Source: Octopus vulgaris | Taxonomy: Eukaryota | DNA length: 64,000 nucleotides | Direction: 5' to 3' | Assembly (NCBI GenBank): GCA_951406725.2 | Contig: OX597823.1 | Coordinates: 25,916,001 to 25,980,000 of the forward strand | Shown: positions 1 to 11,662 of the stretch, one piece after another | How the letters are laid out: each line of letters opens with the position of its first letter | Position numbering within the stretch: position 1 is the first letter of the stretch | Position numbers and translations under genes: made by a program | The notes under the pieces: generated by a model | Databases searched by the model: none | Seen by the model: only the letters and a program-made list of their open reading frames with translations | What the model was told of the DNA's origin: nothing

Positions 1-678
1 CTAGGGGGTGGCTACTGACATTAAGCTTAAGGATTATACAATATACAAGTATAAAGAAAGAATTAAAGACAAAAGGACTCATTATATTGAATGTTATCGA
101 TAATATCAAGTGGAAATACTGCAGTTCCTATACACGAGCCATCACGGTTCAAATCCCACAAAGATCAAAATTTAAGAACTGAGAGTAAATATAACACCCA
201 TAACAAAAAAAAAAAACAAATGCCAGAAGACACCACCGGTTGTAATTTTCTGCTATGAGCAACAAATGCATTGTAAAAATGAATAAGTGCATTCTTGTTT
301 TCTTGTATTGAGTTTTAATTTCTACCACAAGAAAAGTCAATAGGCATACATTCTAACCAAGGGAAAATGTGTTACTCTTCCAAGTTGTGCCACAGAAACC
401 AGAAATAACTCGCTTAACCTTTGGAAATAGGTTAAATCTGTTTAAATTGAGCATTTACATTAACTCCAAGATAACAATTGCTATCTTTTAATGTTAAATT
501 GTTTAAAAATACAACTGCAGTCACTGTCCTTTCTCAAACTGAGTAATGTGGAGATAGAGGATGACTTATTTCCCAATTAGGTAAACCAAAACTGGTAGGG
601 GTGTCCTGATCAACCATCCATAGAATTCACTAAACTACACTATACAGCAGAGTGATGATGGTTTCAATTATGTGTTAC

Positions 679-792
679 CTGTTTTCTGACATACTGCACT
701 GCAAGTTCAAGGTTCTGAGGCTCAGTATACTTTGATGCAAACAGGTTTCTCCAGAGAGCACTGGCAAGGACTCTGTCATTTGACATCAAACC
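679..792 (-). CDS. UQCC1: UQCC1 exon 8 (GLMSNDRVLASALWRNLFASKYTEPQNLELAVQYVRKQ); gene continues beyond the window start
   Basis: TTTCAG acceptor, CAG|GTAACA donor; 114 nt; G..SDD..LA.ALWR.FF and YVRKQ family motifs. No terminal exon recognised in 1-678. Confidence 0.93.
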
Positions 793-1351
793 CTGAAATC
801 AAGAACATAATCATTTAATAATATGTGAACTTAAAATAATAGAGGTATAATGTGTAAAAAAAAAACTATTTCAATGACACACCAAGGGATATTAAATGAT
901 TGTGAAATGTTTAGGACAGAGCTTTTTGATTTGATAGAGTGTATGAATAAAAACCAAAAGGTTGCTTGTTTATATCCCAGCAGTAGCAATATTAAGTCTA
1001 TGGACAAACAATTCTTGCTTATACTATCAAGAACAATGCTTCAAGTAAGCCATATATAAACTCAGTCCACCTATCTACAACCAGCTATCACTGTTTAAAT
1101 GCAAAGTGTTTCGTTAGCTTAAAGAACTGACTTCAAATATATTTACATATATATTGTATAAAGGACCGTGGGTAAGGCCAGAACAATGCAAAGTAAATTG
1201 AAGGCAAAACAAAAAAAATAAATAAATAAATGTAGAAAATGGGGTCATAACCTTGAAATATTGAATACAAGGTAAGTCTACATTAATTCATATTGTTTTC
1301 TTGTGATTTATACAATATATTCTACACAATGTTTCATAGTAATTATTCCAT

Positions 1352-2650
1352 AGCCATTAGAACAAAGAAACAGGCCTGGAAGGGTGGGGATAGCAGGGAA
1401 CTGTACCAGGTAACCAAAAAGGAGGCTGGGCAGCAGGTATACATAGCCAAGAGCGAAGCAGAAAAGAAGTTTGCCAATGTCCAGCGACGTGAGGACCAAA
1501 GAACTGAGGTATTTTGGACTGCAAGACAGTGTGTAAGAGAAAATTGTGATGTCATAGGAGAGAAATGTGTCCGCATGGATGATGGTGCACTCGCTTTTAA
1601 TGTTTCTGAAAAGAAAGAGGCTTGGAGAAGCCATTATGAAAGACTGCTGAATGGAAGGAGGAGAGCCTGCCAAATGTTGACCCAGTAGAAGGACCAGCTA
1701 TTCAGATAGACAGCTCCCTAGTAGATAAAGCAATTAAGGGTATGAAGCCAGGAAAAGCCCCCAGCCCATCAGGAATCACTGCTGAGATGTTTAAAACATC
1801 TGGTGGTGTGGGCTATGGCCTAGTCACCCGCATTGTAAACCAGGTAGTTCATGATGGAGTCATACCCAACAACTGGCGTAGCAGCACCATAGTCAACTGC
1901 TACAAGGGTAAAGGTGATGCTCTAGATAGAAATAATTACAGGGGTATCAAACTGCTGGATCAGGTGATGAAGGTCAAGGAGAGGGTCATAACCCATCTCA
2001 TCAATTGTGAAATTGGAGAAAGCCTTTGACAGGCCCTTTACAGAGAGGCCATTAGTAAGGTTAGGATAGGATAGGCAATTAATGAAGAATTCCAGGTAGA
2101 AGTAGGCCTTAGAGTCAATGTAGCAAAGACCAAAGTTCTAGTAAGTAGCAAAGCGAACTCATCACACACACCCTTAGGTAGGTGGCCCTACTCGATCTGT
2201 AGAAAAGGTGGAGGTAGAAACTACATAAGATGTACCCAGTGTAAGCTATGGACATATGAAAGGTGCAGCAATATCAAAGGAAAATTAACCAAGATGATAG
2301 CTTTCAGATACTCAGAAAACAGATTCCATCACACTCCAGGGGAAGAAACTAGAAGTAGTTGATAGTTTCCACTACCTAGGAGACCAAGTTAGTAGTGGGG
2401 GTGGATGCTCGGAGAGTGTTACTGCTACAATAAGAATAGCCTGGGCAAAGTTTAGAAAGCTTCTTCTCCTACTGGCGACAAAGGGTCTCTCGCTCAGAGT
2501 GAAAGGTAGATTGTACGACGCATGTGTGCGAACTGCCATACTTCATGGCAGTGAAACATGGGCCGTGACTGCGGAGGACATGCATAGGCTCGAAAGAAAT
2601 GAAGCTAGCATGATCCACTGGATGTATAATGTCAGAGTGCATGCATGACA
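1352..2650 (+). mobile_element. RTE-clade LINE fragment (decayed, internally deleted RT region)
   Basis: ORFs 1293 and 1742 (KAPSPSGITAEMFK, YKGKGDALDRNNYRGIKLL), then FHYLG and LHGSETW motifs; stops and frameshifts throughout. Confidence 0.9.
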
Positions 2651-3182
2651 TAGCTCTACTTGATACAATAACATCCATATAGCAAAAGTTCAGCCTTTTT
2701 TCCAGAAAACAGAAAAGTATTGGAAAGGTTGTAATATTTGGATCTGGATATCATACTAACAAGATCAACTAAAAATGAGACCACATGTTTGAACAAAACA
2801 AAAGTTGAATTTAGCCATCCAACAACTGTGTAGAGATGACCTACAGTTCAGTGTGTGTAGTGATGATCTATGGAAATATGTGTGAAATGATTTTTATTTG
2901 CTGACCAACAATCACACAACTGGTAATCAGAATTTAAGTCTGGATCCAATAATAAAATTGATTTAAATTGTATAATTTCAGATGATCTGGTGCCTATTAT
3001 TCTCAATGAGAGAACTAACTTAATGGACAGTAACATAATGAAAAGGTAGTAAAATATTTGTATACATATCCAGTTAGTAGGTAGTCCAATATTTTATCCA
3101 TAGCCATTTCAGGACAATTTATGATTTAAAAGTTTAATAAGTTACACAGTTGACTATAATCTGTACAAGACATGTTTCTCAC

Positions 3183-3254
3183 CTCATCATATGAAAATAA
3201 AGCAGCATTAAAGTGAAATACAAGATCATGTAAGGCTTCTTGATTTTGTGAAGG
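3183..3254 (-). CDS. UQCC1: UQCC1 exon 7 (PSQNQEALHDLVFHFNAALFSYDE)
   Basis: TTTTCAG acceptor, GAG|GTGAGA donor; 72 nt; F.AA...YDE family motif. Confidence 0.93.
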
Positions 3255-4580
3255 CTGAAAATAATAAAAAATTCCTTTAGAATATACCATATTATAAACA
3301 CTGACATATTGCTTTTAATATTAGCTTTGTCACACTGTTGCTGAACACTTATCTGTAGGTTTCCCTGTGTATTATTCCAAGCAATAATGTCCTTCCATTT
3401 AATTGCAGTTCAGCTTTGAAAGTTACAACTAGTTTTTATCTACCCAAAACCTGAAGAAAACATTGCAAGTGAGAGGTGCCAAATATCAGAAAGATTCAGG
3501 GAACCTTTGATTTCAATAGCGTTAAGTAAATGAAAGACAAATCTTTTCACAGACTGGATATTTGTCTATTATAGCTTTCTCATAGAGAAACTGAATCCAG
3601 GACTGCAAGCCAACAAATCCTTCATCAATTGTACACTAATCAGAATAGACACATTACTGACTTAGAGTAATGTGGATTTAATCATCAATGGTTAAGTGTC
3701 TTGGCCATCAAATACAAGGCAACATCACTGTGAACTACAGAGCCTGGGGCTGTTTATCAGCCACACTATCAATAACAACATTCTCATGATAATTAGAATT
3801 AATAATAATTGTTTCTAATTTAGACACAAGGCCAGCAATTTTGAGGGGAGCAACTCTTGTTGAATGGTACTTTATTTTAACAAACTGGGTGGGATGAGTG
3901 GCAAAGTTGATGTTGGCAGGATTTGAACTCATAGCATAAAGTGCTAGAACAAATGTTTTCAAATTTTGGCTCAATGCAAGGAATTTTAAGGCAGGGAGCA
4001 AGTTGATTACATCGACCCCATTGCTAAACTGGTCATTATTTTATCAACACCAAAAAGATGAAAGGTAAAGTCAACCTTGGTGAAATAAAAGAGAGCTGGA
4101 GCAAATATTACAAGTCATTTCAGTCCAAGTCATCTAACATAGGTCTGAAATTTGAGTGGAAGAAGACCATAATCGACTGAATCAATCACACTACTTAATT
4201 GACACTATTTTATCAACCTTGGAATGATGATGAAAGACTGAGTCAACTTTAGCAGGATTTGAACTCTGAGTATACACAGATATAAAATAATATGGCAAAG
4301 CAAAGCTCTAACGAATGCGCCAATCCACAGTGTGATTGTTTCTAATTTAAGTACAAGGCTAGTTGTTTTGAGGGGTTAGTGTTAGTCAATATTATTGACC
4401 CTAATATTTAATTGGTACTTTATTTCATCAACTCTGTGGGGATGAAAAGCAGTGTTGACTTTGGTAATAAAAACTGAAAACCATTTTTCTGATGCATTTA
4501 TGATTATGCTATTTCACTGCCTTACCAAAGCTACAAGCAATAATAACAACAAAAAATAATAATGGTAATAACTCTATAAA

Positions 4581-4811
4581 GGTGGCGAGCTGGCAGAAAC
4601 GTTAGCACGTCGGACGAATTGCGTAGCCGTATTTCCTCTGCCGTTACGTTCTGAGTTCAAATTCCGCCGAGGTCGACTTTTCCTTTCATCCTTTCGGGGT
4701 CAATTAATTAAGTACCAGTTACGCACTGGGGTCGATGTAATCGACTTAATACCTATGTCTGTCCTTGTTTGTCCCCTCTGTGTTTAGCCCCTTGTGGGTA
4801 ATAAAGAAATA
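4581..4811 (+). mobile_element. young full-length SINE with a 17-bp target-site duplication
   Basis: TSD GGTAATAACTCTATAAA at 4564-4580 and 4812-4828; CpG-rich; B-box-like GAGTTCAAATTCC; central GTCGACTTT..CCTTTCATCCTTTCGGGGTC..TAAGTACC domain shared with many decayed copies. Confidence 0.92.
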
Positions 4812-4970
4812 GGTAATAACTCTATAAATTATTATGGTAAAAAATCTTTAAAATTCATGTTAATAATCCATAAAATCAATAATAATTAAGTAAATCAGTG
4901 ATAATTAAGATAATCAATAATAATAATAATTAATGACAAAGTTTATTAAATGTATAAATAAAGTTCTTAC

Positions 4971-5088
4971 TCCTCCTCCTCCAACTTTACTCGTCCGTTT
5001 TTTCACATCAGCCCAGAATGCTTTGACAAAGTTTTTACGGACAAATTCTCCTTCAAGCTGAGCTTGGGATAGTCGTACTAAAATCAAC
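4971..5088 (-). CDS. UQCC1: UQCC1 exon 6 (LILVRLSQAQLEGEFVRKNFVKAFWADVKKRTSKVGGGG)
   Basis: TTCTGTAG acceptor, GTAAGA donor; 118 nt, phase 2/0; LVR...G...WxDV..R family motif. Confidence 0.93.
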
Positions 5089-7148
5089 CTACAGAATAAA
5101 AGACTAAGGTTGTAATAATAATCATAATAATAGTAATGATGATGGTTTCAAATTTTGGCACAAAGCAAGTAATTTCAGGGGAATGGTTAAGCTGATTACA
5201 TTGATCCCAGTAATCGTTACTTATTTTATCAATCCCCCCAAAAAAATAAAATGCAAAGTCAACAGAGGCAAAATTTGAACACAAAATGCTGCTGAGCATA
5301 ATAATAATAATGGTTTTTGTTTCAGGCACAAAGCTTTAACCAGAAGATTCAGAGAGGGGGCTAGTAGATTCCATTGATCCCAATGGTTGACTGATACTTA
5401 TTCTATCTACTCCAGAAGGATAAAAAGCAAAGTTGACCTTAGCAGGATTTGAACTCACAGCATAAGGAACATAAAGAGCCAAATTAAATACCAGAGAGAT
5501 GAAAGGCAAAATTGACCCTGGCTGGATTTGAATTCAGAATAGAGAGAGGCAGAAGAAATATCACAAGGCATTTTTTCCCAGTGCTTTAACAATTCTGCTA
5601 ATCCAACACCTTAACAACAACATCATCATCATCATATAACATCTGCTTTCCATGCTGGCATGAGTAGGACAGTTTTACAGGGAACCAACAAGCTGCATCA
5701 GGCTCCAATGTCATCTTTGGCATGGTTTCTATGTCTGGATGCCCTTCCTAATGCCAACCACTTTACAGAGTGTACTGGTTGCTTTTTTTTTTCATGTCAC
5801 TGGCACTAGTGAGATTGTCATAAAACTTGCAAGATATAAAAGACAATAATAATAACTGTTTCCGTTTTGAGCCAGCAATTCTGAGAGTTGGGCAGTGAGT
5901 AGTGAATACCATCAAAACAGTACTTGACTGGTACTTTATTTTATTGGCCCCAAAAGGATGAAAGGCAAAGCAAAGGTAGCTTCAGCAGGATTTGAGCTCA
6001 GATCATAAGAGCTGCAATATATTTTCACTGACACTAACGAGCCTTAATAATTTCTGTTTTAAGTACAAAGCCAGTAACTTGGGGGAGGGTTTAGTCAATT
6101 AATTAAATTCTGTTATTTGATTGGTACTCTATTCTAGTGGCCCTGGACACCTGAATGGCAATTGTGAAGTTCACCTTGACAAGATTTGAACAAAGAATGT
6201 AAAGAGCCGTAGCTAAATACCACAAGGGATTTGGGTTCAATTCTGTTGATCCCTTCACCTTATAGTTTCTTTTGTTGCTACAAATGAGACAACTGATGGG
6301 GAGGGACAAGGACAAAATATTGAAACCAGTGATGAGAGAGAGGTTATATGGAATATGGAAACAGACATAAGAAACAGGAATAAAAACATACAGTGAAATA
6401 AAATGATTTATAACAATTACCTACAAGGATCTCTCTGGTATTGCTCCAATGACTGATGGGAAGTGTGATCTCAATTTTCAGCAGTTATCCACCTAATCAA
6501 GACTTGCCATGATTTCTAATATAAGCACATGGCCTCAACACACACATCCATATTTGATGGTGATGATGGTTGAGCACTATCTAATCAATCCCCAAGTATA
6601 CAGCTGGTACTTATTTTACTTTATTGACACTAGGATATTGAAAAACAAAATCAACCCCAGCAGGATTTGAACTTAAATGTAAAGAGGCATAATTGAATAC
6701 CTTTCAACTAACAATAATAATGATGATGATGATGATGATGATTGTTTCAAATTTTGGTACAAAGCCAGCAACTTTGGGGGCAGAGGCTTAGGCAATTTCT
6801 TCAACCCCAACACTCAACTAGTGCTTATTTTATCATCCCTGAAAGGACAAATAGGAAAGTTGACTTTGGTGGGATTTGAAAGCAGAACATAAAGAGCTGG
6901 AAGAAGTGCTGCTAAACATTTTGTCCAACGTGCAAGTGGTTCTGTCAGTTTTTCGTCTCCATAATAACAGTTATGAAATATTTACTTTGAATAGATTTTG
7001 GATTAGTGATTGGATTATTGATCTATGTTTTTAGTATTTATTTATCAAGAGACAGACAGACAGTTGGAGGAAGTGAGGAAGAATTAAGAGAAGAGGTGAA
7101 TGGATGAACTCAGTGTAATAAAAAGCATATTAAAAAAACTTTCCTTAC

Positions 7149-7206
7149 CAAACATGTAGTTCTGAGAGTAAGAACCATGATAGATATGTATCATCTAATT
7201 GGAAAT
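7149..7206 (-). CDS. UQCC1: UQCC1 exon 5 (DFQLDDTYLSWFLLSELHVW)
   Basis: TTTCAG acceptor, GTAAGG donor; 58 nt, phase 1/2; matches the CBP3/UQCC1 motif DTFxSWFLxxxLHVW. Confidence 0.93.
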
Positions 7207-7477
7207 CTGAAATAAGAAGATATCATTAATATATATATATATATACATACATGTATATAAAGAATTTTGTGAACCAAGAAGATGGAATGAACAGGCTTTA
7301 ATTAACAAAACACAACAACTGTTTCTGTTGAGTAATAATGAATGTTCGTTACTGAGTTTTCCAAATCATACTTTTACGTAAATTATTTTATAAATAATTA
7401 CATAAGTAAATATGATTCAGCAACAGGTGAATTGCTTTGATAGCACTGCAGGCACACAGTCACTGTTGAATCAAACT

Positions 7478-8343
7478 TAACCTGTGCACATAAGCAAATG
7501 TAGGATATTGTAATCACTCGTCTGTTTGTTTATGTGTTTGCAAAACTACTGGAAAATGGCTGAACGGCTTTTCACCAAATTTGGCAGAAATACTCGTTGG
7601 GTAAGTGGCTCAAAATGACAAAAATTTGGTTTGATTATATTCAAACATATATAAATATATACATAGGTATGCGACTGTGTGTGTTTGTACAGTGATGGAT
7701 TCGAGGGTTTCATTTATTTACAAGTTGATTTCTTAATTCCCCCAGAATATAAATACCTATAACGGTGATACTTAGAAAAAAAAACCATTTTTTTAAAAAC
7801 TGAACTTACAAATTTCCCAATAAACAAGTGGTCATTTTATTTATATCCTACAACAAACTACAGTTGATTCACCTGCTGTCATTGAAAGATGTTCAAAATA
7901 CTTCTCAGATTCTATGCAATATTTTTCAATAAGTATTTCATTTTGTTCATTTTCTTTTGCATATGAATCAACCCTTGTCTGTGTGTGTAGATCATGGTGT
8001 ACCTATGCACGTATATACATATGGGTACATACATATATAGATATGCGACTGTGTGCGTATGTATGCATTTGTACAGTGATGGATTTGAGGGTTCAGTTTA
8101 TTTATGAGTTGATTTCTTAATTTCGAGTATGAATACTTATAATGGTGATACTTAAAAAAGAAAAGGATTTTTTTAAATTGAACTTACAAATTTCCTGATA
8201 AGTAAGTTTAATAAAACACTTACAAAGCTTAATTCAGTTCAATTAAACAGTACAGGTAAGCAACGCATTGTAAGCCACACTATAATTTGTGAAAAAAATT
8301 TATGTGCACAGGGTATGCATCAACCCTCCAATGCTGTTTTTTT
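7478..8343 (+). mobile_element. Helentron-associated (HINE/DINE-1-like) non-autonomous element
   Basis: Subterminal inverted repeats CCTGTGCACATAA (7481-7493) and TTATGTGCACAGG (8300-8312); (GTTT)n-like tract near the 5' end; 3' hairpin GCAT..ATGC (8317-8334) followed by a T-run; internal ~160-bp direct duplication. Confidence 0.7.
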
Positions 8344-8738
8344 CATTATGAAATTATTTAGAAAATAATTTATGTAATTGTATGATATGGAAAACTCAGC
8401 AGCCAACAGCTGTTACTACTTTACAGAAACAATTGCATTTTATTACTTAAAGCTTGTTCATTCCATCTTCTTGGTTTACAAATTTCTTTATATAAATTTC
8501 GTATACACTCATGTAGTTCCACATGTCTATTCAGCAAAAGGAATAACCCTACTGTATGATGGCATATGGTAGCCAATAACCCTACAGAGGCTTTGAAACA
8601 CATGTTACAAGGTTATTACTCAGATAATATTTTGTGTGTGTGTATGTGTGGGATGTTTTCTCAAGAAGCACATCTGCTCATTCCATTATTACTGTTGTAT
8701 GACAATCAAAATACTTAATAAAATTGAGAATTATGGAA

Positions 8739-9054
8739 ATATTTCGTTTTTGGATTTGGTTTGCATGATTCTTTATGTGAGTTCGTGTGTTGAAGCATAT
8801 TCTGTTGTGTCTGGCGAGTCATTTTCTTTTTGTGCCTTATAATTTAACACACTCACCGGTAAAATTTCCACTTATTTCCTATTTTTATTTTCCTAAAATT
8901 TTTGTTGCGTCTTGCAGACTATTGATAAGATTGCAAGACGCAATGAAAATTTTAGGAAAATAAAAATAAGAAATAAGTGGAAATTTTACCAGTGAGTGTG
9001 TTAAATTATAAGGCACAAAAAGAAAATGACTCTCCCCAGACACAACAGAATATG
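8739..9054. repeat. long palindromic (foldback) element, probably derived from a Penelope-like terminal repeat
   Basis: Arms 8796-8916 and 8932-9054 are near-perfect reverse complements; a second copy lies at 11663-12095. Confidence 0.85.
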
Positions 9055-9082
9055 GAAATATTATTTGCAGAGTTGTTGTATA

Positions 9083-9309
9083 ACAAAATAGGAAAGTGGA
9101 CATTTTTTGGTGTTATTTATTCTCCATAACACGTGTTTCATTTGCAAATAGAAATTACAAAAATTTACATGTTACATGGACACACAAGAAATCGCACATC
9201 AGTAATTCATCAGAGAGGGAAAATTAAAATAATAATTTTCTATTAGCAAATGAAACATGCATTATGGAGAATAAATGATCTTAAAAAATGTCTACTTTCT
9301 TATTTTGTT
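9083..9309. mobile_element. old MITE-like inverted-repeat element
   Basis: ACAAAATAGGAAAGTGGACATTTTTT..TTTATTCTCCATAA..TGTTTCATTTGC is mirrored by GCAAATGAAACA..TTATGGAGAATAAA..AAAAAATGTCTACTTTCTTATTTTGT. Confidence 0.7.
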
Positions 9310-9484
9310 TCAATCACTGGATTGCAGCCATGCTTGAAGGGTTTTAGTTGAACAAATCAACCTCAGAACTTATTTTTTTAAAGGGTGGTACTCATTCTAT
9401 TGGCTTCTTTTGCCAAACCACTAAGTTACAGGGACATAAACAAACCAACACCAGATGTCAAGCAGTAGTGGGAGGCAAACACAA

Positions 9485-10093
9485 ATAATCGGGCATATAA
9501 GCCCTCAACAGAAAAAAGTAGGCTTTCCCGTACACATAGGACTTGAACCTACATCCCTTTGTTAACGCGACTAAGTGTGTTACTGACTACACCAGTGAAC
9601 CAGCCTGCTTCTTTCTGCCAAATTTAAGAGCTATATTAGTTCGTAATTGTTTTTGTAAACAAACTTTATGTGCTTTCGGTGCAAATGGTTTTGTTAAGGA
9701 GTGTCGAGTTTTACAATTCAATAAGTAATAAAAATGGTATTTTTTTATAAGCTTAAAGCTTATAGTGATCACCATGTAAATGACTAAGGAAAACAAAGTT
9801 TATGTGCTTTTGGTGCGAACTAATATAGTCCTTAGATTTGACAGAAAGGAGCAAGCTGGTTCGCTGGTGTAATTAGTAACACAGTTGCGTTAACAAAGGA
9901 ATGTGGGTTCAAGTCCAACACATACAAGAAAGCCTACTTTTTTCTGTCGAGGGCTTATATGCTCCATTATTAGACTAATTTTCCTTAGTCATTTTCATGG
10001 TGATTGCTATAAACTTTAAGCTTATAAAAAATACCATTATTATTATTTACAGAATTGTAAAACTTGACACCGCTTAACAAAACCATTCACATC
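9485..10093. repeat. composite inverted repeat A-B-A'-B' of a TIR-bounded element with a tRNA-like segment
   Basis: 9485-9643 is the reverse complement of 9816-9971; 9678-9793 is the reverse complement of 9978-10093; CAAA.TTTATGTGCTTT.GGTGC occurs at about 9660 and 9794. Confidence 0.85.
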
Positions 10094-10208
10094 ATCATCA
10101 TCATCATCGTTTAGCATCCGTTTTCCATGCTAGCATGGGTTGGACGGTTCTACTGGGGTCTGTGAAGCCAGAAGGCTTCATCAGGCCCAGTCAAATCTGG
10201 CAGTGTTT

Positions 10209-10243
<35 letters not shown>

Positions 10244-11240
10244 GTACAGAATGATAATGACAGGCTTGCCCTTTCTGATGTTCTGATGCTGAAAGAGCCA
10301 TGAAAGTGGTGGGTAGGTAGTTAGGTACACAGACACACACCTGCATAAATATGGCACACACACATACCTTCAATGACTTTATCACCACCAGAACGCAGAA
10401 TTTTTACGCTACTGGCATAAATAAATTTGTTTTGCGTTGGCAAAAGTGTGTTGATTTCGATTAATAAAGTTTTGTTTGAGCCAAGATATGTGCATCTGAA
10501 TTTAAAAGTTAAAACCCACAAGAACTTTCTTGACAACCTAATAACTGGTGGTGTTAAACTAAGCAACAAATTAAGTCTTTTCTCTCAATAGACAATGACA
10601 AGATTTGAACTACACTACTACTTCATTTATCAAATCTGGAAGGATGAAAGTCAAAGTTGATTTGAACTAAGGTGTCAAAATAAATCTCACAATATATTTA
10701 GTCCAAAACTCTAAGGACTTGACCACTTCACTGTCCAGATATAGAACAATCAAATGGATTAGGTTTTATACACCACCTGTTCATGAGACACAAGTTCAAA
10801 TTTGCTATTAACATTTTGTAGTGGTGGTTCTAAATAGAACATTATATTCTACGTTACCTTTGTCTATTAAACTGCTGAAAGAAAAAGGTACCTACAGATT
10901 GTCAGAGAATGTTACCAAAGATAGAATGGTATCCAATCAAGGAATGATCTCATCCTCACTGTAGTTTCTCTGGACCTTAATCTAGATTACACCTGTTCAC
11001 CTTGTTAATGATAGGAATCCCTAAATTACTTGGGAATATCACCAATAATACACAAGTATTTCTTGTTTGTTTCAGGTCATGAGATAGGAGCCAAACTTCA
11101 GCTCACAAAGAGTGCCTTGTAGAAAGTGGGGAGATATCTCAATATTTATAGCATGAAATGTAAAGAAAATCAGACTTGATGAGAGAGACAAAGAAAGAAG
11201 AGAGAAAGAGGAACACAAACGTTATCCAAAGAGAACTTAC

Positions 11241-11313
11241 CATGAATCATTTCTATATAATCAGGAATTTCTGTAGAACACATATACATACTATAAGACG
11301 ATCTTGCTAATCT
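11241..11313 (-). CDS. UQCC1: UQCC1 exon 4 (RLARSSYSMYMCSTEIPDYIEMIH)
   Basis: Long poly-T acceptor ending TTTTCAG, donor G|GTAAGT; 73 nt, phase 0/1. Confidence 0.9.
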
Positions 11314-11662
11314 CTGAAAAAGAAAAAAAAACAAGAAAATGCTTATATATACACACACACACATAATGAACTCAAGTTGTAACTTCAATTCTTGGACCAC
11401 ACAATGTGGCATGTCTTTGCATAAAGCACATTATTTCAAGTTATCCCAGTCTTCCCCTATGAAAATGAATGCCAGCCAACTGCTGGTGCAAACCTATTTT
11501 CCTCCAGCTATCACATCGTAAATATTATGTTGGCTCAAGTGTGAGGGAGTGCTAATGTCTGCTTATAACTACATATCCATCTAAAATAATTAAAGAAAGA
11601 GTAACACAAGCTACAGCTAAGCTTTTATACATATAGATATATATATATAATATATATAGTTG

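Larger units (their letters stand above)
3810..6960 (-). repeat. cluster of decayed copies of the same SINE family, minus orientation except the young copy at 4581, separated by AAT/GAT runs
   Basis: Recurring ACAAGGCCAGCAATTTT...GGTACTTATTTTATC...GGATGAAAGGCAAAGTC..CC...GGATTTGAACTC at about 3826, 3980, 4150, 4352, 5160, 5330, 5500, 5870, 6064, 6600 and 6760. Confidence 0.85.

Noticed and set aside
1-678. Terminal UQCC1 exon
   Set aside because: No acceptor followed by a frame resembling the family C-terminus; it probably lies outside the window.
9857-9925. Possible tRNA gene
   Set aside because: The anticodon arm and acceptor stem do not close, and it is part of a repeated element; treated as tRNA-derived.
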